A DNA stretch of 64,000 nucleotides from a candidate division WOR-3 bacterium (GTDB taxonomy: Bacteria; Hydrothermota; 32-111), in NCBI GenBank assembly GCA_037481815.1, contig JBBFKX010000001.1, forward strand, positions 384,001 to 448,000. The letters are read 5' to 3'. Each line of letters opens with the position of its first letter. Positions within the stretch are counted from its first letter, which is position 1. Shown in pieces: positions 38,878 through 49,712 of the stretch. Made by a program: the position numbers and the translations under genes. Below the pieces are notes generated by a model. It was not told the DNA's origin, made no database searches, and saw nothing but the letters and a program-made list of their open reading frames with translations.

Positions 38878-39773
38878 AAGATATTTTTTTCACTGAAGAG
38901 TTTATAAAATTTTTCAAACTTTCAAAAATTGAGACGGATGCTTTTCTGTACCCATTTTTAACCGTTGATTTCAATGGATATAAATCTATTTCCTCTCTTG
39001 GTTATCAGGGGGTCTTGATCAAAAAAAAAAATTATTCAGACGATGAATTTAAAGAGTTTTATACTGAATTAAAAAATTTTAGAAAAGAAAATAAAATCGT
39101 ATGTGAGTTCATAAGGTATAATCCATTTTTAAACAGTATACTTAAACTTGAACCCCAAAATCAATCATCAACATTCTTTGTGATAGAAACCGATAAAAAT
39201 CCCTCTTCATATTTTGAAAACCTTCCATCAAGAACAAGGTATTCTATTAAAAAAGCAAAAGAAAAAATAAAAGTGAAGAGTGATAAAAATCTTGGGATTT
39301 TAAAAGGTGCTTTAAATTTTAAAAATGAATTTTTCTATGATGAAGAAAGTTTAAAAAATTTACTCAATGCACCTTTCAGTATCAAATTTTCAGCATTCTT
39401 TAACGATGAGGAAGTCGCTTCAAGTTTATTCTTTTATTCAGAAGACACTTCTTACTATATCGCTAACTTTTCGACCGAACTAGGCAAAAAAAATAATGCA
39501 AATATATTTTTGATTTACGAATTTTATCGATTCTGTTTTGAAAGAAAGATAAAATATATGGGACTGGGTGGAGGTCTTAATGATAACGATTCATTATCAT
39601 TTTTTAAAAGTCAATTTTCAACCCATACAAAAAAAATTATCCATTCAAAATTAATACATGATCAAAAAACCTATGATAAACTTAACGAAAACTTAAAAGA
39701 AAACTACTTTCCACCCTACCTTTCAGAACAAAATCTGTTAAAACTTTCCAATAGCAGCAGCAAAAGCGATTGA
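38874..39773 (+). CDS. FemAB-like GNAT family protein
   Basis: GYQG, CEFIRYNPF, RTRYSIKKA, LGGG...DSLSFFKSQFS. Confidence 0.7.
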   Translation: MKDIFFTEEFIKFFKLSKIETDAFLYPFLTVDFNGYKSISSLGYQGVLIKKKNYSDDEFKEFYTELKNFRKENKIVCEFIRYNPFLNSILKLEPQNQSSTFFVIETDKNPSSYFENLPSRTRYSIKKAKEKIKVKSDKNLGILKGALNFKNEFFYDEESLKNLLNAPFSIKFSAFFNDEEVASSLFFYSEDTSYYIANFSTELGKKNNANIFLIYEFYRFCFERKIKYMGLGGGLNDNDSLSFFKSQFSTHTKKIIHSKLIHDQKTYDKLNENLKENYFPPYLSEQNLLKLSNSSSKSD

Positions 39774-40631
39774 CATCATTTTATTTTTTTCATTATCAGA
39801 TCTTGAAATCAAAACTATAGGTGCTTTTGCTCCGACAATAACACCTGCAAATTTACAATCTGTCCAGTAGATAAGTGTTTTCGCCATAATGTTTCCACAC
39901 GCTATATCAGGAACAACCATTATATCAGCATCCCCCGCAACATCACTTGTAACTTTCTTATGTTTTGCTGATTCTTTTGAAACTGTTACATCAAAGGATA
40001 AAGGTCCATCAACAATACAATCTTTTATCTGTCCTTCCCTGTTCATCTTTTTTAGATTTTCAGCATCAACAGTTTCGATCATATCTGGATTGACTTTTTC
40101 GATAGCAGCAAGGACTGAAACTTTTGGATTTTGAACACCAAATTTTTTCATAACCATGACCGCGTTGTTAATTATGTTTACTTTCATCGCAAGATCAGGT
40201 TTTATAATAAAACCACTATCGGTCAATATGAAAGGTTTATGATACCTATCGATTTCAAAAAGTGAAACATGCGAAAGCACATTGCCTGTTCTCAAACCCC
40301 ATTCTTTGTTCAGAACCGCCTTTCCAAGAACGGATGTGTCAACAAACCCTTTCATCAAAAAATCGGCTTTATCATCTCTGACAAGTTTAACCGCTTTTTC
40401 ACATGCTAAAACTCTATCCTTTTCATCAACTATTTCAAACAGGTTTTTTTCAAGATTGTTTTTCTCAATGATCTCGTTGATCTTTTCTTTATCTCCTACC
40501 AATATTGAAGTACACAAGTTTTCTTTGTATGCATCATAACATGCTTTGATAACAGTTTCATCATCAGCACAGGCAACCGATAAAACTTTTTTACTCTCTT
40601 TCGCTTTTATTACGATATCGTTAAATTTCAT
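39738..40631 (-). CDS. ptb: Phosphate butyryltransferase
   Basis: LMKGFVDT, GLRTGNVLSHV, AAIEKVNPDM, DGPLSFD, PDIACGN, GAKAPIVLISRSD. Confidence 0.9.
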   Translation of the reverse strand: MKFNDIVIKAKESKKVLSVACADDETVIKACYDAYKENLCTSILVGDKEKINEIIEKNNLEKNLFEIVDEKDRVLACEKAVKLVRDDKADFLMKGFVDTSVLGKAVLNKEWGLRTGNVLSHVSLFEIDRYHKPFILTDSGFIIKPDLAMKVNIINNAVMVMKKFGVQNPKVSVLAAIEKVNPDMIETVDAENLKKMNREGQIKDCIVDGPLSFDVTVSKESAKHKKVTSDVAGDADIMVVPDIACGNIMAKTLIYWTDCKFAGVIVGAKAPIVLISRSDNEKNKMMSIAFAAAIGKF

Positions 40632-41718
40632 TTAAAACCTCCTTTAACTTTTGAAGAAAGATTTTATTCCCCTTATCTGTAGAAGTTGTTACTCTTAAAA
40701 ATGTATCAAGACCATAATTATCTATAGGTCTTACGATAACTCCCTTTTTTTGTAATTTTTCAAATATCATTTTTCCACTATATCTACAGTCAAAAGTTAC
40801 AAAATTAGTATAACTATCGATAACATAAAATCCCATTTCCTTTAATTTTTCAGTTAAAAACTTTAATCCTTTATCGTTTAAATTTTTACTTTTCCTTATA
40901 TGTTCCTTATCATCCAAAGCAGCGAGTGCCGCCCTTTGGGCAAGAAGGTTAACATTGAAAGGTAATCTAACCTTTTGAAGAATTGAAACTATTTCACTGT
41001 TTGAAATACCATATCCAACCCTTAAACCTGCAAGTCCATAAATTTTTGAAAATGTTCTTAATATAACAAGGTTTTTATACTTTTTCAAAAATTTTGTTGA
41101 ATCTATCCTTACATTTTCATCGAGATAATCGTTGTATGCTTCATCGAGTAAAACCAATGTATCGGAGGGAATATTTTTCAGTAAAAATTTGAGTTCGTCT
41201 TCAAAAATCATACTCCCAAGAGGGTTGTTTGGGTTATCAAGATATACAATTTTAAATTTTGCTTTTTTTAACATGCTGACGATCGAAGAAACATCCGTTT
41301 TAAAATTTTTATGTTGAACATCAAAGACCTTACACCCATTTAAAATACCTGAAATCTTAAACATTATGAATGAAGGTGTTGGTCGTAAGACTTTATCATT
41401 TTTTTCAGTAAAAGAAAACACAAGGTTGTTTATTATCTCAACCGAGCCATTTCCTAAAACGATCATATCCTGGCCAACCCCAATTTTTTCAGATAATCTT
41501 TTTTTCAAATAAAAATTGTTATCATCAGGATAAAAATTCAAATCTTTTAAAGATTCTTTTACAACCTTTAACGCTTTTGGAGAAATTCCTAAAGGGTTCT
41601 CGTTCGAAGCGAGTTTATATACTTCTCCTTTCAAGTTAAGTTCCCGCTTGACCTCTTCTATAGGTTTACCTGGAATGTAATTTTGAATATTTTGAAGTTG
41701 TTTTTTAAACTTTATCAT
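40621..41718 (-). CDS. hisC: Histidinol-phosphate aminotransferase
   Basis: KLASNENPLG, GNGS, NPNNPLG, DEAY, RTFSKIYGLAGLRVGY. Confidence 0.92.
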   Translation of the reverse strand: MIKFKKQLQNIQNYIPGKPIEEVKRELNLKGEVYKLASNENPLGISPKALKVVKESLKDLNFYPDDNNFYLKKRLSEKIGVGQDMIVLGNGSVEIINNLVFSFTEKNDKVLRPTPSFIMFKISGILNGCKVFDVQHKNFKTDVSSIVSMLKKAKFKIVYLDNPNNPLGSMIFEDELKFLLKNIPSDTLVLLDEAYNDYLDENVRIDSTKFLKKYKNLVILRTFSKIYGLAGLRVGYGISNSEIVSILQKVRLPFNVNLLAQRAALAALDDKEHIRKSKNLNDKGLKFLTEKLKEMGFYVIDSYTNFVTFDCRYSGKMIFEKLQKKGVIVRPIDNYGLDTFLRVTTSTDKGNKIFLQKLKEVLNEI

Positions 41719-43738
41719 TTTTACTCCATTGAAATTTATTTTTTATCGCTTCAGCTATATTGGTTATATGGTCTCCACATCTTTCGTATGAAGTCAAAAT
41801 ATCTGTAAAAATCGCTGCTGAATCACTTGAACATGATTTGTTTGAAACTCTCAAAAGATGTGTTCTGTTATACCTTTTTTCAAAATCGTTCAATTTCTCT
41901 TCAAGAACAAAAATTTCGTTGACCCTTTCGAGAGAGAGATCCTCTATCGCATGATATGCCTCTTTCATCATTTTTTGTAAAACTTCACTCATACTTTTTA
42001 TCTCTTCGTATGCCTCTTTTGGAAATTCGATTCTATTATCTCTTATCATCGATGCAAATTCTAAGATGTTTATCGAATGATCACCCACTCTCTCAATGTC
42101 GTTAATAGAATGAATTAAAACTGGAATCTGTGAAAACTCCTGATCGGTTAGATCCTCTTTTGAAATCGAAATAAGATAGTTGGTAATCTCATTTTGAAGT
42201 ATATCCGTCTTCATCTCAAGTTTTCTTACCTGCTCAACAAATTCCTGATTCCCTTCAAGCAAAGTTTTTGTTGCAAGTTCAATCGATTGTGAAGCAACCT
42301 CGATCATCTCCATCATTTCCTTCTTCACATTGAAAAGTGCAAGATGTGGGTTCAAAAGAAGATTTTTATCAAGATATTTTGGTGCAAAGAAGTTATCTTT
42401 AACACCTTTTTTATCCTTAATTATAAATTTACTGATACTTTCCAAAACTCCTGCAAATGGTAGGAACACTAACGTATTAAATACATTGAAAAATGTATGA
42501 GAATTCGCAAGATACCTTTGAATATTCTCCCCTGCAAAATTGTTGCCAGGGGTTATCAACTCAAGAAATTTATAATACAAAGGAACTCCGTTTATTTTAA
42601 CAAAGTATATACCTATCATCATATAAAAAACACCTATAACGTTGAACAGAGAATGTATTATAGCAGCCCTTTTTCCGTTTATGTTTGACGAGAGTGATGC
42701 AAGAAGTGCGGTTATCGTTGTGCCAATATTTTCTCCCAAAATCAGCGGAACAGCGGTGTTGATCCCTATTAACCCCTGAACAGCGAGCACCATCGTTAGA
42801 CCAACGGTTGCCGAAGATGATTGGATGATCATGGTTATTATCATACCTGTCAACATTGAAAGTATTGGAGAATCTTCAAATTTCATCATGAATTCAACAA
42901 GTTTATGTGATTCTTTCAAAGGAGATATAGATGATGACATCAAACTGATCCCATAGAATAAAAGCCCGAAACCAAAGATCGTTTCACCGGCGATCTTGAT
43001 TCTTCTCGATCCAAAAAGTATCATCAAAACACCAGCGGTGATAGCAGGTAAGGCAAGAGATTCAAATTTGAAGGCTATCAGTTGTGCTGTCATCGTTGTT
43101 CCAATGTTTGCTCCCATAATTATTCCAATAGATTGTGTTAAAGTCATAAGTCCAGCATTTACAAGACCAACAACAATGACAGTAGTCGCAGAGGATGACT
43201 GAATAAACGAGGTCACTATTCCACCTGTTAACACACCAAAAAAAGTATTCTTTGTCATTTTTGTTATGAAAAACTTTATTCTCTCACCTGCAAAATTCTG
43301 CAAAGAGTCCGACATAAATTTCATTCCGAAAAGGAATAAACCAAGTCCTCCCAGAAGTATCACTATTATTTCTATCCAGTTCAAGCCAACAACTTTGAAA
43401 TCAAACTTATCAACCTGATAATTTTTGTAAAAAATGTTCGCTCTCAATATGTTTGTTCCCATCTTTTTTCCAACTTTTGGGTAAACACTGATTTCTCCAT
43501 CTTCAAACTTCAAACTCTCCGGTTCAACTTCTATATCACCATAAACCTTTTCAAAAATAACAAGAAAATCGTTTTCATCTATCGAATCCTGTTTTTCATA
43601 ATAAAGTTTTATTTTTATGGGCTCTTTTAAAATCGAACTCGTTGGGCAATCGAATTTGTTTTTTTCAACTTTTATCTCATAGGGAAAAAGAAAATTAAAA
43701 GAAACTATAAAAATGAAAAGAACAAGTAATTTTTTCAT
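41705..43738 (-). CDS. Na+/Pi cotransporter family protein with PhoU domains and extra N-terminal exported domain
   Basis: LGGLGLFLFGM, QSSSAT twice, GANIGTT/GENIGTT, ERVGDH/ERCGDH. Confidence 0.92.
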   Translation of the reverse strand: MKKLLVLFIFIVSFNFLFPYEIKVEKNKFDCPTSSILKEPIKIKLYYEKQDSIDENDFLVIFEKVYGDIEVEPESLKFEDGEISVYPKVGKKMGTNILRANIFYKNYQVDKFDFKVVGLNWIEIIVILLGGLGLFLFGMKFMSDSLQNFAGERIKFFITKMTKNTFFGVLTGGIVTSFIQSSSATTVIVVGLVNAGLMTLTQSIGIIMGANIGTTMTAQLIAFKFESLALPAITAGVLMILFGSRRIKIAGETIFGFGLLFYGISLMSSSISPLKESHKLVEFMMKFEDSPILSMLTGMIITMIIQSSSATVGLTMVLAVQGLIGINTAVPLILGENIGTTITALLASLSSNINGKRAAIIHSLFNVIGVFYMMIGIYFVKINGVPLYYKFLELITPGNNFAGENIQRYLANSHTFFNVFNTLVFLPFAGVLESISKFIIKDKKGVKDNFFAPKYLDKNLLLNPHLALFNVKKEMMEMIEVASQSIELATKTLLEGNQEFVEQVRKLEMKTDILQNEITNYLISISKEDLTDQEFSQIPVLIHSINDIERVGDHSINILEFASMIRDNRIEFPKEAYEEIKSMSEVLQKMMKEAYHAIEDLSLERVNEIFVLEEKLNDFEKRYNRTHLLRVSNKSCSSDSAAIFTDILTSYERCGDHITNIAEAIKNKFQWSKNDKV

Positions 43739-43739
43739 C

Positions 43740-44432
43740 TTACATTTTCCTCCATATTATTGAAATATTTCTTTTATCTATGTCCCCTTCCCTATAAGAG
43801 AAAAGTACATCTTTTCTACATACATTACAAAGTTCTATGTTTTCAACATCAGATCTTTGTTTTAAAAGATCAACCACTATCTTTCTTAAATCTATTGAAA
43901 ATTTTTTATCAACAGGTTTTATATAACTTTCTCCAAACCTTTTTTCAAAAAGTTTTTTAACATCTTCCTCAACAATAAAATGTTTATCACATATGCCCTG
44001 TAACACCAATGTTCTTGTATCCTTTTTGAAAAATTTTAAACTTTCTTCAACGATACCTTCTATTATTCCTTTCCATCCAGCATGTATGCATCCAAAAATA
44101 TTTCCATTATCAGTTGTAAAAAATATGTTATAACAATCAGCTGTTAAAAGATACAGAGCATAATTTTTATCATCTGAAAATAAACCATCTCCTTCTTTTG
44201 TGATATCTTTTTCGGCTTTATGTATCAATTTTGAATGTATCTGTTTGTTACGAACTTTAAAAAGATTTTCGATTTTCAAATTTGAAAAAAATCTTTCTCT
44301 ATTCTCTTGATTTTCCTGAAAATTAAAACTCATATCATTTTCATTTATAAAGTTTTTATCTCTCAATGATATTGCTATATTATAATCAGAAAAAACATCT
44401 TCAAAAATCCAAAAATCTTTTTCTCTTTTCAT
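43740..44432 (-). CDS. pgeF: YfiH/PgeF family (purine nucleoside phosphorylase/peptidoglycan editing)
   Basis: QIHS, LTADC, HAGWKG, FSYR. Confidence 0.85.
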   Translation of the reverse strand: MKREKDFWIFEDVFSDYNIAISLRDKNFINENDMSFNFQENQENRERFFSNLKIENLFKVRNKQIHSKLIHKAEKDITKEGDGLFSDDKNYALYLLTADCYNIFFTTDNGNIFGCIHAGWKGIIEGIVEESLKFFKKDTRTLVLQGICDKHFIVEEDVKKLFEKRFGESYIKPVDKKFSIDLRKIVVDLLKQRSDVENIELCNVCRKDVLFSYREGDIDKRNISIIWRKM

Positions 44433-46135
44433 AACTCTGACTCCATTATATCAATTATTCTTAACTGCAATAGTATTTTCCCGCTATACTCATTTTTCAT
44501 TATGTTATAGACAACATCAAACTGTTTTCCCGGTTGAGTCAATTTTGAGATCATCTCTTTTCCATTGTTGAACCAGATAGCATCATAAGAATAATTTTCC
44601 TGTTTAAAACATAACCTTAAATGTTTATCCTTAAGCATCAATGGATAACCTACAACGTTGACATTTTTTGAAAGAAAAACAGGTTGGGGATTCATATAAC
44701 CAAATGGCTCAAGTTTTTCAAGTTTTTCATAGAATTCAAGGTCTATTTTATCCATCGGCAAAATACAATCTATATCAAGTTTTCTTTCGTAATTTTTACC
44801 ATCATTCAAAACACTTGCATACTCTTCAAATCTTCTTTTAAATTCATCTATTCTATCCTTTTTCAGTGTGATACCAGCAGCAAGACGATGCCCTCCGAAA
44901 GATAGAAGAATATCTTCAAGATCTTTTAAAGCGTTATATAGATGAAAATTTTGTGTAGATCTTCCTGAACCCTTACCTATATCATCAACTATCGAAATCA
45001 TAATAGTTGGTTTGTTGTACTTTTCAACTATTCTGCTTGCGACTATACCTATAACTCCTTCGTGCCAATTCTCTTTTGCTATAACTATCGTTTGTTTTTT
45101 GTGTAGAGATTCTTTTTCTATCATCTCCACCGCCTCGTCAAAAACATCCTGATCAACTTCCTGTCTTAATCTATTCTTTTTGTTCAACTCTCTCGCTAAC
45201 TCTTCAGCTTCTTTCCTGTCATCGGTTATCAAAAGATTAACAGCTTTTGTTGCATTATCCATCCTACCCATAGCGTTAATCCTTGGAGCAAGAATAAAAC
45301 CGACATGATAGGAGTTGATTAGATCTTTCTGTAAATCCGAAACCTCAATTAAACATCTCAGTCCATAGGTCTTAACATTCTTTAAATGTTTCAGTCCTAT
45401 TGAGGCAATCGTTCTGTTTTCATCTATGAGTGGAACAACATCTGCGATAGTTCCAAGTGTTACAAAATCGATAAAATTATCCAGAATCGAGAAATCAACA
45501 TTTAAACATTTTCCCAACGCCTGTAAAAGTTTAAAGACAACACCACAACCAGCAAGCGATCTGAAGGGATAAGTTTCATCATCCCTGTTGGGATTTATTA
45601 TTGAATAGGCAGGAGGTGTTTTATCTGAAAACTCATGATGATCTGTGACTATAACATCTATACCTTTTCTTCTCGCATAATCTATCTCATCGAACGCAGT
45701 TATTCCACAATCAACAGTTATCATCAGTGTAACATTTTTACTTAAAGCATAATCGATTCCATTTTTTGACACACCGTATCCTTCTTCAAGACGATGTGGG
45801 ATAAAAAAATATGGGGTCATCCCAACCATCTTAAAAAACCTGTAAAGCATCGCTGTTGAAGTTATACCATCAGCATCATAGTCACCATATATGAGAATCT
45901 TCTCATCTTTCTCGATCGCTTTTTTGATCCTTTCAACACTCTCTTTTATTCCGATCATTAAAAAAGGATCATAAAAATTTTTCTCATCAGGATTTAAGAA
46001 CTGCTCAAACTTTTCAGGTTCAATACCTCTGTTTAAAAGTATTTTTAATATGTATTCATCGGTATTCAATCTTTCAGCAAAATCTTTTAAATCAAGATCA
46101 TTTTCTATCTCTTTATATACCCAGTTGAATATCAT
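44429..46135 (-). CDS. recJ: Single-stranded-DNA exonuclease RecJ
   Basis: YGDYDADG, TVDCG, TDHH, GTIADVV, PRINAMGR, GSGRS, FGGH. Confidence 0.97.
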   Translation of the reverse strand: MIFNWVYKEIENDLDLKDFAERLNTDEYILKILLNRGIEPEKFEQFLNPDEKNFYDPFLMIGIKESVERIKKAIEKDEKILIYGDYDADGITSTAMLYRFFKMVGMTPYFFIPHRLEEGYGVSKNGIDYALSKNVTLMITVDCGITAFDEIDYARRKGIDVIVTDHHEFSDKTPPAYSIINPNRDDETYPFRSLAGCGVVFKLLQALGKCLNVDFSILDNFIDFVTLGTIADVVPLIDENRTIASIGLKHLKNVKTYGLRCLIEVSDLQKDLINSYHVGFILAPRINAMGRMDNATKAVNLLITDDRKEAEELARELNKKNRLRQEVDQDVFDEAVEMIEKESLHKKQTIVIAKENWHEGVIGIVASRIVEKYNKPTIMISIVDDIGKGSGRSTQNFHLYNALKDLEDILLSFGGHRLAAGITLKKDRIDEFKRRFEEYASVLNDGKNYERKLDIDCILPMDKIDLEFYEKLEKLEPFGYMNPQPVFLSKNVNVVGYPLMLKDKHLRLCFKQENYSYDAIWFNNGKEMISKLTQPGKQFDVVYNIMKNEYSGKILLQLRIIDIMESEL

Positions 46136-47454
46136 ACGATTTCCTTAATCTCTTTAATATTTTTTATTTTTACAACTTCAATATCCGTCTGTATCTTTTC
46201 TACATAAGGAATGAAGACCTTTTTTATTCCAATATTTTTTAAATGTTTTATTCTCATCTCAATATTACTGCTTGCTCTCAAATCCCCTGTTAAACCAACT
46301 TCACCAATAAAAGCGTTTTCCTTACTAACGATTTTATTTTTGAAAGAAGATAACATTGAAACCATTATCGGTAGATCTATCTGTGGATCTTTTATCGTTA
46401 AGCCATTTGAAACATTTATAAAAATATCCATATTCCCAAAACCTACCCCAAGATACTTTTCACATATTCCAACAAGCATCTGCATCCTTCTTATGTTTAT
46501 TCCCGTTGGGACTCTCTGAGGAACTCCATATTTTGAATAGAAAATCAATGACTCTATTTCTAAAGCAAGAGGCATACTACCTTCAACGGTACAAGATATT
46601 GCCCTTCCCACTTTATCCCCATTTGTAAGATTTATCCTGTCAATGTTATCTAAACTCAAAAGTCCATCCTCTTCCATTTTGAATATTGCCATCTCGTCGG
46701 TTGAACCAAACCTGTTTTTGTTTGATTTAAGTATTCTTAGATTTTCGTGCTCTATAGAGTCAAGATAGAGTATCACATCCACAAGATGTTCGAGAGTTTT
46801 TGGTCCTGCAACACTTCCATCTTTAGTTATATGTCCTATTACGATAACTGTAATGTTCTTTTGTTTGGCAATTTTTATCAACTCTCCCATTATGTATTTA
46901 ACAGTTGTTGGAGAGCCAGGGATCGTTGGAATATTTTCCGATCCGACCATCTGGATCGAATCGATAATCATAACATCCGTTGATTTTAAAATGTTTTCAT
47001 TATCAACCAGATCCTCAAAAAGATTTGAAGAGATTATCTTGAATTTTTTGTTTTTCAAAACTCTTACAGATCTCAATTTTATCTGTTCAAATGATTCTTC
47101 AGAAGAAAAATAAAGCACATTAATATCATCGGGTAATTTTTCTATTATTTTCAAAGATAGTGTTGATTTCCCGGCCCCTGGATTCCCGGCAAGAAGAACG
47201 ATTGAACCTTTTACAAGGCCACCACCAAAAACTCTATTTAAAGAGTTATCCGAAAATTTAATTCTTGAAAAATTTTCAAGTTTTATTTCATCAATGGATA
47301 TAGGTTTTACATCCCTTTCCTTTTTAATATCATCTTTCTCAACGATAAAAGTATCCCACATACCACATTCTGGACATCTACCTAACCATTTAACACTTTT
47401 AAAACCGCATTCTGAACAAACAAAACTTTTACTTCCCTTTTTGCTCACAGACAT
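46132..47454 (-). CDS. radA: DNA repair protein RadA/Sms
   Basis: C4 zinc finger, GNPGAGKST, IDSIQ, GPKTLEH, KNRFG. Confidence 0.96.
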   Translation of the reverse strand: MSVSKKGSKSFVCSECGFKSVKWLGRCPECGMWDTFIVEKDDIKKERDVKPISIDEIKLENFSRIKFSDNSLNRVFGGGLVKGSIVLLAGNPGAGKSTLSLKIIEKLPDDINVLYFSSEESFEQIKLRSVRVLKNKKFKIISSNLFEDLVDNENILKSTDVMIIDSIQMVGSENIPTIPGSPTTVKYIMGELIKIAKQKNITVIVIGHITKDGSVAGPKTLEHLVDVILYLDSIEHENLRILKSNKNRFGSTDEMAIFKMEEDGLLSLDNIDRINLTNGDKVGRAISCTVEGSMPLALEIESLIFYSKYGVPQRVPTGINIRRMQMLVGICEKYLGVGFGNMDIFINVSNGLTIKDPQIDLPIMVSMLSSFKNKIVSKENAFIGEVGLTGDLRASSNIEMRIKHLKNIGIKKVFIPYVEKIQTDIEVVKIKNIKEIKEIV

Positions 47455-48230
47455 CCCTTTACTATTTTATTTTTTTCAATCTCATCAAGAATCCTGTTCA
47501 ACTTTTTCAAACTCTCATTCAATCTTATATAAACAGTATCCTCTCTGAGTATCCTTTTTACACTTCCACTTCCTTCGGAAAATATTTCTATCTCTTTCTT
47601 CAAAGACAACATCGCAGGATATAAAGAATCAACTATCATACTGACTTTATCTGAACTGTATGAAAGTTTCGTAACTATACCGTTTATATCCTTATCATTC
47701 TTTTCAACCAGATCGTTTATCTTCTTCAATGCTGAAAAAAGTGTGTCAACTATCTCTTCAACTCTTTCTTTTGATGGAATAGCGTTGAAGACCATCTCCC
47801 TGATATCCGAGATTATTATCCCAATTTCAGAAATGTTAAAATCTCTGTTAACTCCAACAAGTGTATCATAGGGATACCTGTAGAGTGTATCTCCGGAAGG
47901 TTGAACGAATATATATTTGGTTCCGCCGATTATTCCAAGATCCTGTATAGCAACAAAAGAATTCTTTCCAACTTTAAAATCTTTTCTCAACCATAATTTT
48001 AAAAGCACATAATCCCTTGTTAAAACAACATCGACAACCGTCCCACACTTTACACCTCTATATCTCACCTCATCGTTTACCTTTACACCATCAGCATGAG
48101 CAAATTTCACCAGAACATAGTTGTTGTCAGTAAAAAATCTCACCTTGTTCATGAAAAAACTTAAAAAAATCAATATGGAAATACCTATAAACACTGTAAG
48201 ACCGATAATAAAAATTTTTTTATCTTCCAT
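47445..48230 (-). CDS. mlaD: MCE/MlaD family protein
   Basis: N-terminal TM, F.HADGV..NDEVRYRGVKCGTV, GIIGGTKYI. Confidence 0.88.
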   Translation of the reverse strand: MEDKKIFIIGLTVFIGISILIFLSFFMNKVRFFTDNNYVLVKFAHADGVKVNDEVRYRGVKCGTVVDVVLTRDYVLLKLWLRKDFKVGKNSFVAIQDLGIIGGTKYIFVQPSGDTLYRYPYDTLVGVNRDFNISEIGIIISDIREMVFNAIPSKERVEEIVDTLFSALKKINDLVEKNDKDINGIVTKLSYSSDKVSMIVDSLYPAMLSLKKEIEIFSEGSGSVKRILREDTVYIRLNESLKKLNRILDEIEKNKIVKGCL

Positions 48231-48957
48231 TTTGCCCCGCCATTTTTAAATAAGATTTTGCTATCTCGTTATCAAATAAAAAAAAATCTTCCTTTGTGCC
48301 CCAGAAAATTTCTTTCCCATTATCAAGCAAAAGGATATGATCAATAAAATCGATAAAACCTCTCAAATCGTGTGTAATAACCACTGTTGTTTTTTTCAAT
48401 TTTATATGTATCTCTTTTATAAGTTCTATTATTTTGTTCCCCGTTAAAGGATCAAGTCCGGTTATCGGTTCATCATAAAAAAGTATTGAAGGGTTTGTTA
48501 TCAAAGATCTTGCAATAGCCACCCTTTTTTGCATTCCACCCGAAAGGTCTTTTATTTCTTTATTCCTGACATCAGGTAATGAAAGTAGTGTAAGAATATT
48601 CAATACCTCTTGATTTAAAGTATCAAGATCATAGTCAGGATTATTATAAACAACAGGTAAAGAAACATTTTCAAAAACATTCATGGAATCAAATAAAGCA
48701 TTGTTTTGAAAAAGAACTCCCATCTTTTCTCTCACATGTTTTAAATCTGAATATTTTGCTTTGTGAACATTAACTCCATCTATATAAACTTCTCCTTTAT
48801 CGGGTTTTATTAATCCCAGAATGTTTTTTAAAAGTAAACTTTTACCTGACCCACTTTTACCAATTATTGCACATATTGTTCCCTTCTCAATAGAAAGGTT
48901 GATATCATATATACCTTCTTTTCCAAAACTTTTTGTAAGGTTTTTGACCTCTACCAT
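48220..48957 (-). CDS. mlaF: ABC transporter ATPase, MlaF family
   Basis: GKSGSGKS, LFQNNALFDSM, LSGGMQKRV, YDEPITGLDP. Confidence 0.92.
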   Translation of the reverse strand: MVEVKNLTKSFGKEGIYDINLSIEKGTICAIIGKSGSGKSLLLKNILGLIKPDKGEVYIDGVNVHKAKYSDLKHVREKMGVLFQNNALFDSMNVFENVSLPVVYNNPDYDLDTLNQEVLNILTLLSLPDVRNKEIKDLSGGMQKRVAIARSLITNPSILFYDEPITGLDPLTGNKIIELIKEIHIKLKKTTVVITHDLRGFIDFIDHILLLDNGKEIFWGTKEDFFLFDNEIAKSYLKMAGQNGR

Positions 48958-49712
48958 AAAAATAGAATCCTTGTTATAAAATAATCGAGAATAATAACTG
49001 AAATTGAAGATACAGTGACAGATGATGTTGTTGCTTTACCTACAGATTTCGCACCAGTTTTTGCTTTCATGCCAAAAAAGCAAGCAACCATCGTTACGAA
49101 GATTCCAAAAACTATCGATTTAAAAAGACCTCCATACAACTGATAAAAATAGAAACTCCTTTTTGTACCTTCGAGAAATTCGTTAGGGGAAATGCCTAAA
49201 GTTGCAACCGATATTATAAATGAACCAAAAACTACCGAAAATTCACATATCAAAGTTAAAAAAGGGATTATGATCATCGTTGCAACAACTTTTGGCATAA
49301 CAAGGTATTCAACGGGATCGATCGACATAAGTTCCAGAGCGTCGAGTTGATCAGTTATTTTCATCGAAGATATTTCAGCTGATATTTGACTTGCAACTTT
49401 ACCTGAAAATCCAATTCCTGCAAGAAGAGGACCTATTTCAAGTATGACAGCCTGAGTGATAAGCGTTGGAATATATATTAAAGGTAAAAAGTTCCGTGCC
49501 TGATATGCTGTTTGATAAGCAGCAACCATACCTGCAAAAAGAGATGCAAGAACGAATATCCCTAAAGATTCATTTATTATTTCAAACATTTCATAAACAA
49601 CAATTTTTCTATTTTTAAACACTTTTTTTATCGACTTTATAACTTTCCAGAAGAGTATGAAGAATTCACCAAAACTTATTATAAATTCTTTAAAAAATAA
49701 TTTCATAATCAC
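48951..49712 (-). CDS. mlaE: ABC transporter permease, MlaE family
   Basis: EIGPLLAG, AEISSMKITDQLDAL, P.EYLVMPK, GAKSVGKATT. Confidence 0.92.
   Translation of the reverse strand: MIMKLFFKEFIISFGEFFILFWKVIKSIKKVFKNRKIVVYEMFEIINESLGIFVLASLFAGMVAAYQTAYQARNFLPLIYIPTLITQAVILEIGPLLAGIGFSGKVASQISAEISSMKITDQLDALELMSIDPVEYLVMPKVVATMIIIPFLTLICEFSVVFGSFIISVATLGISPNEFLEGTKRSFYFYQLYGGLFKSIVFGIFVTMVACFFGMKAKTGAKSVGKATTSSVTVSSISVIILDYFITRILFLW

Noticed and set aside
39018..39032. Poly-A run (about 11 nt) in the GNAT gene and other homopolymers as phase-variation or frameshift sites
   Set aside because: Reading frames are intact, and A/T runs are ubiquitous at this base composition.
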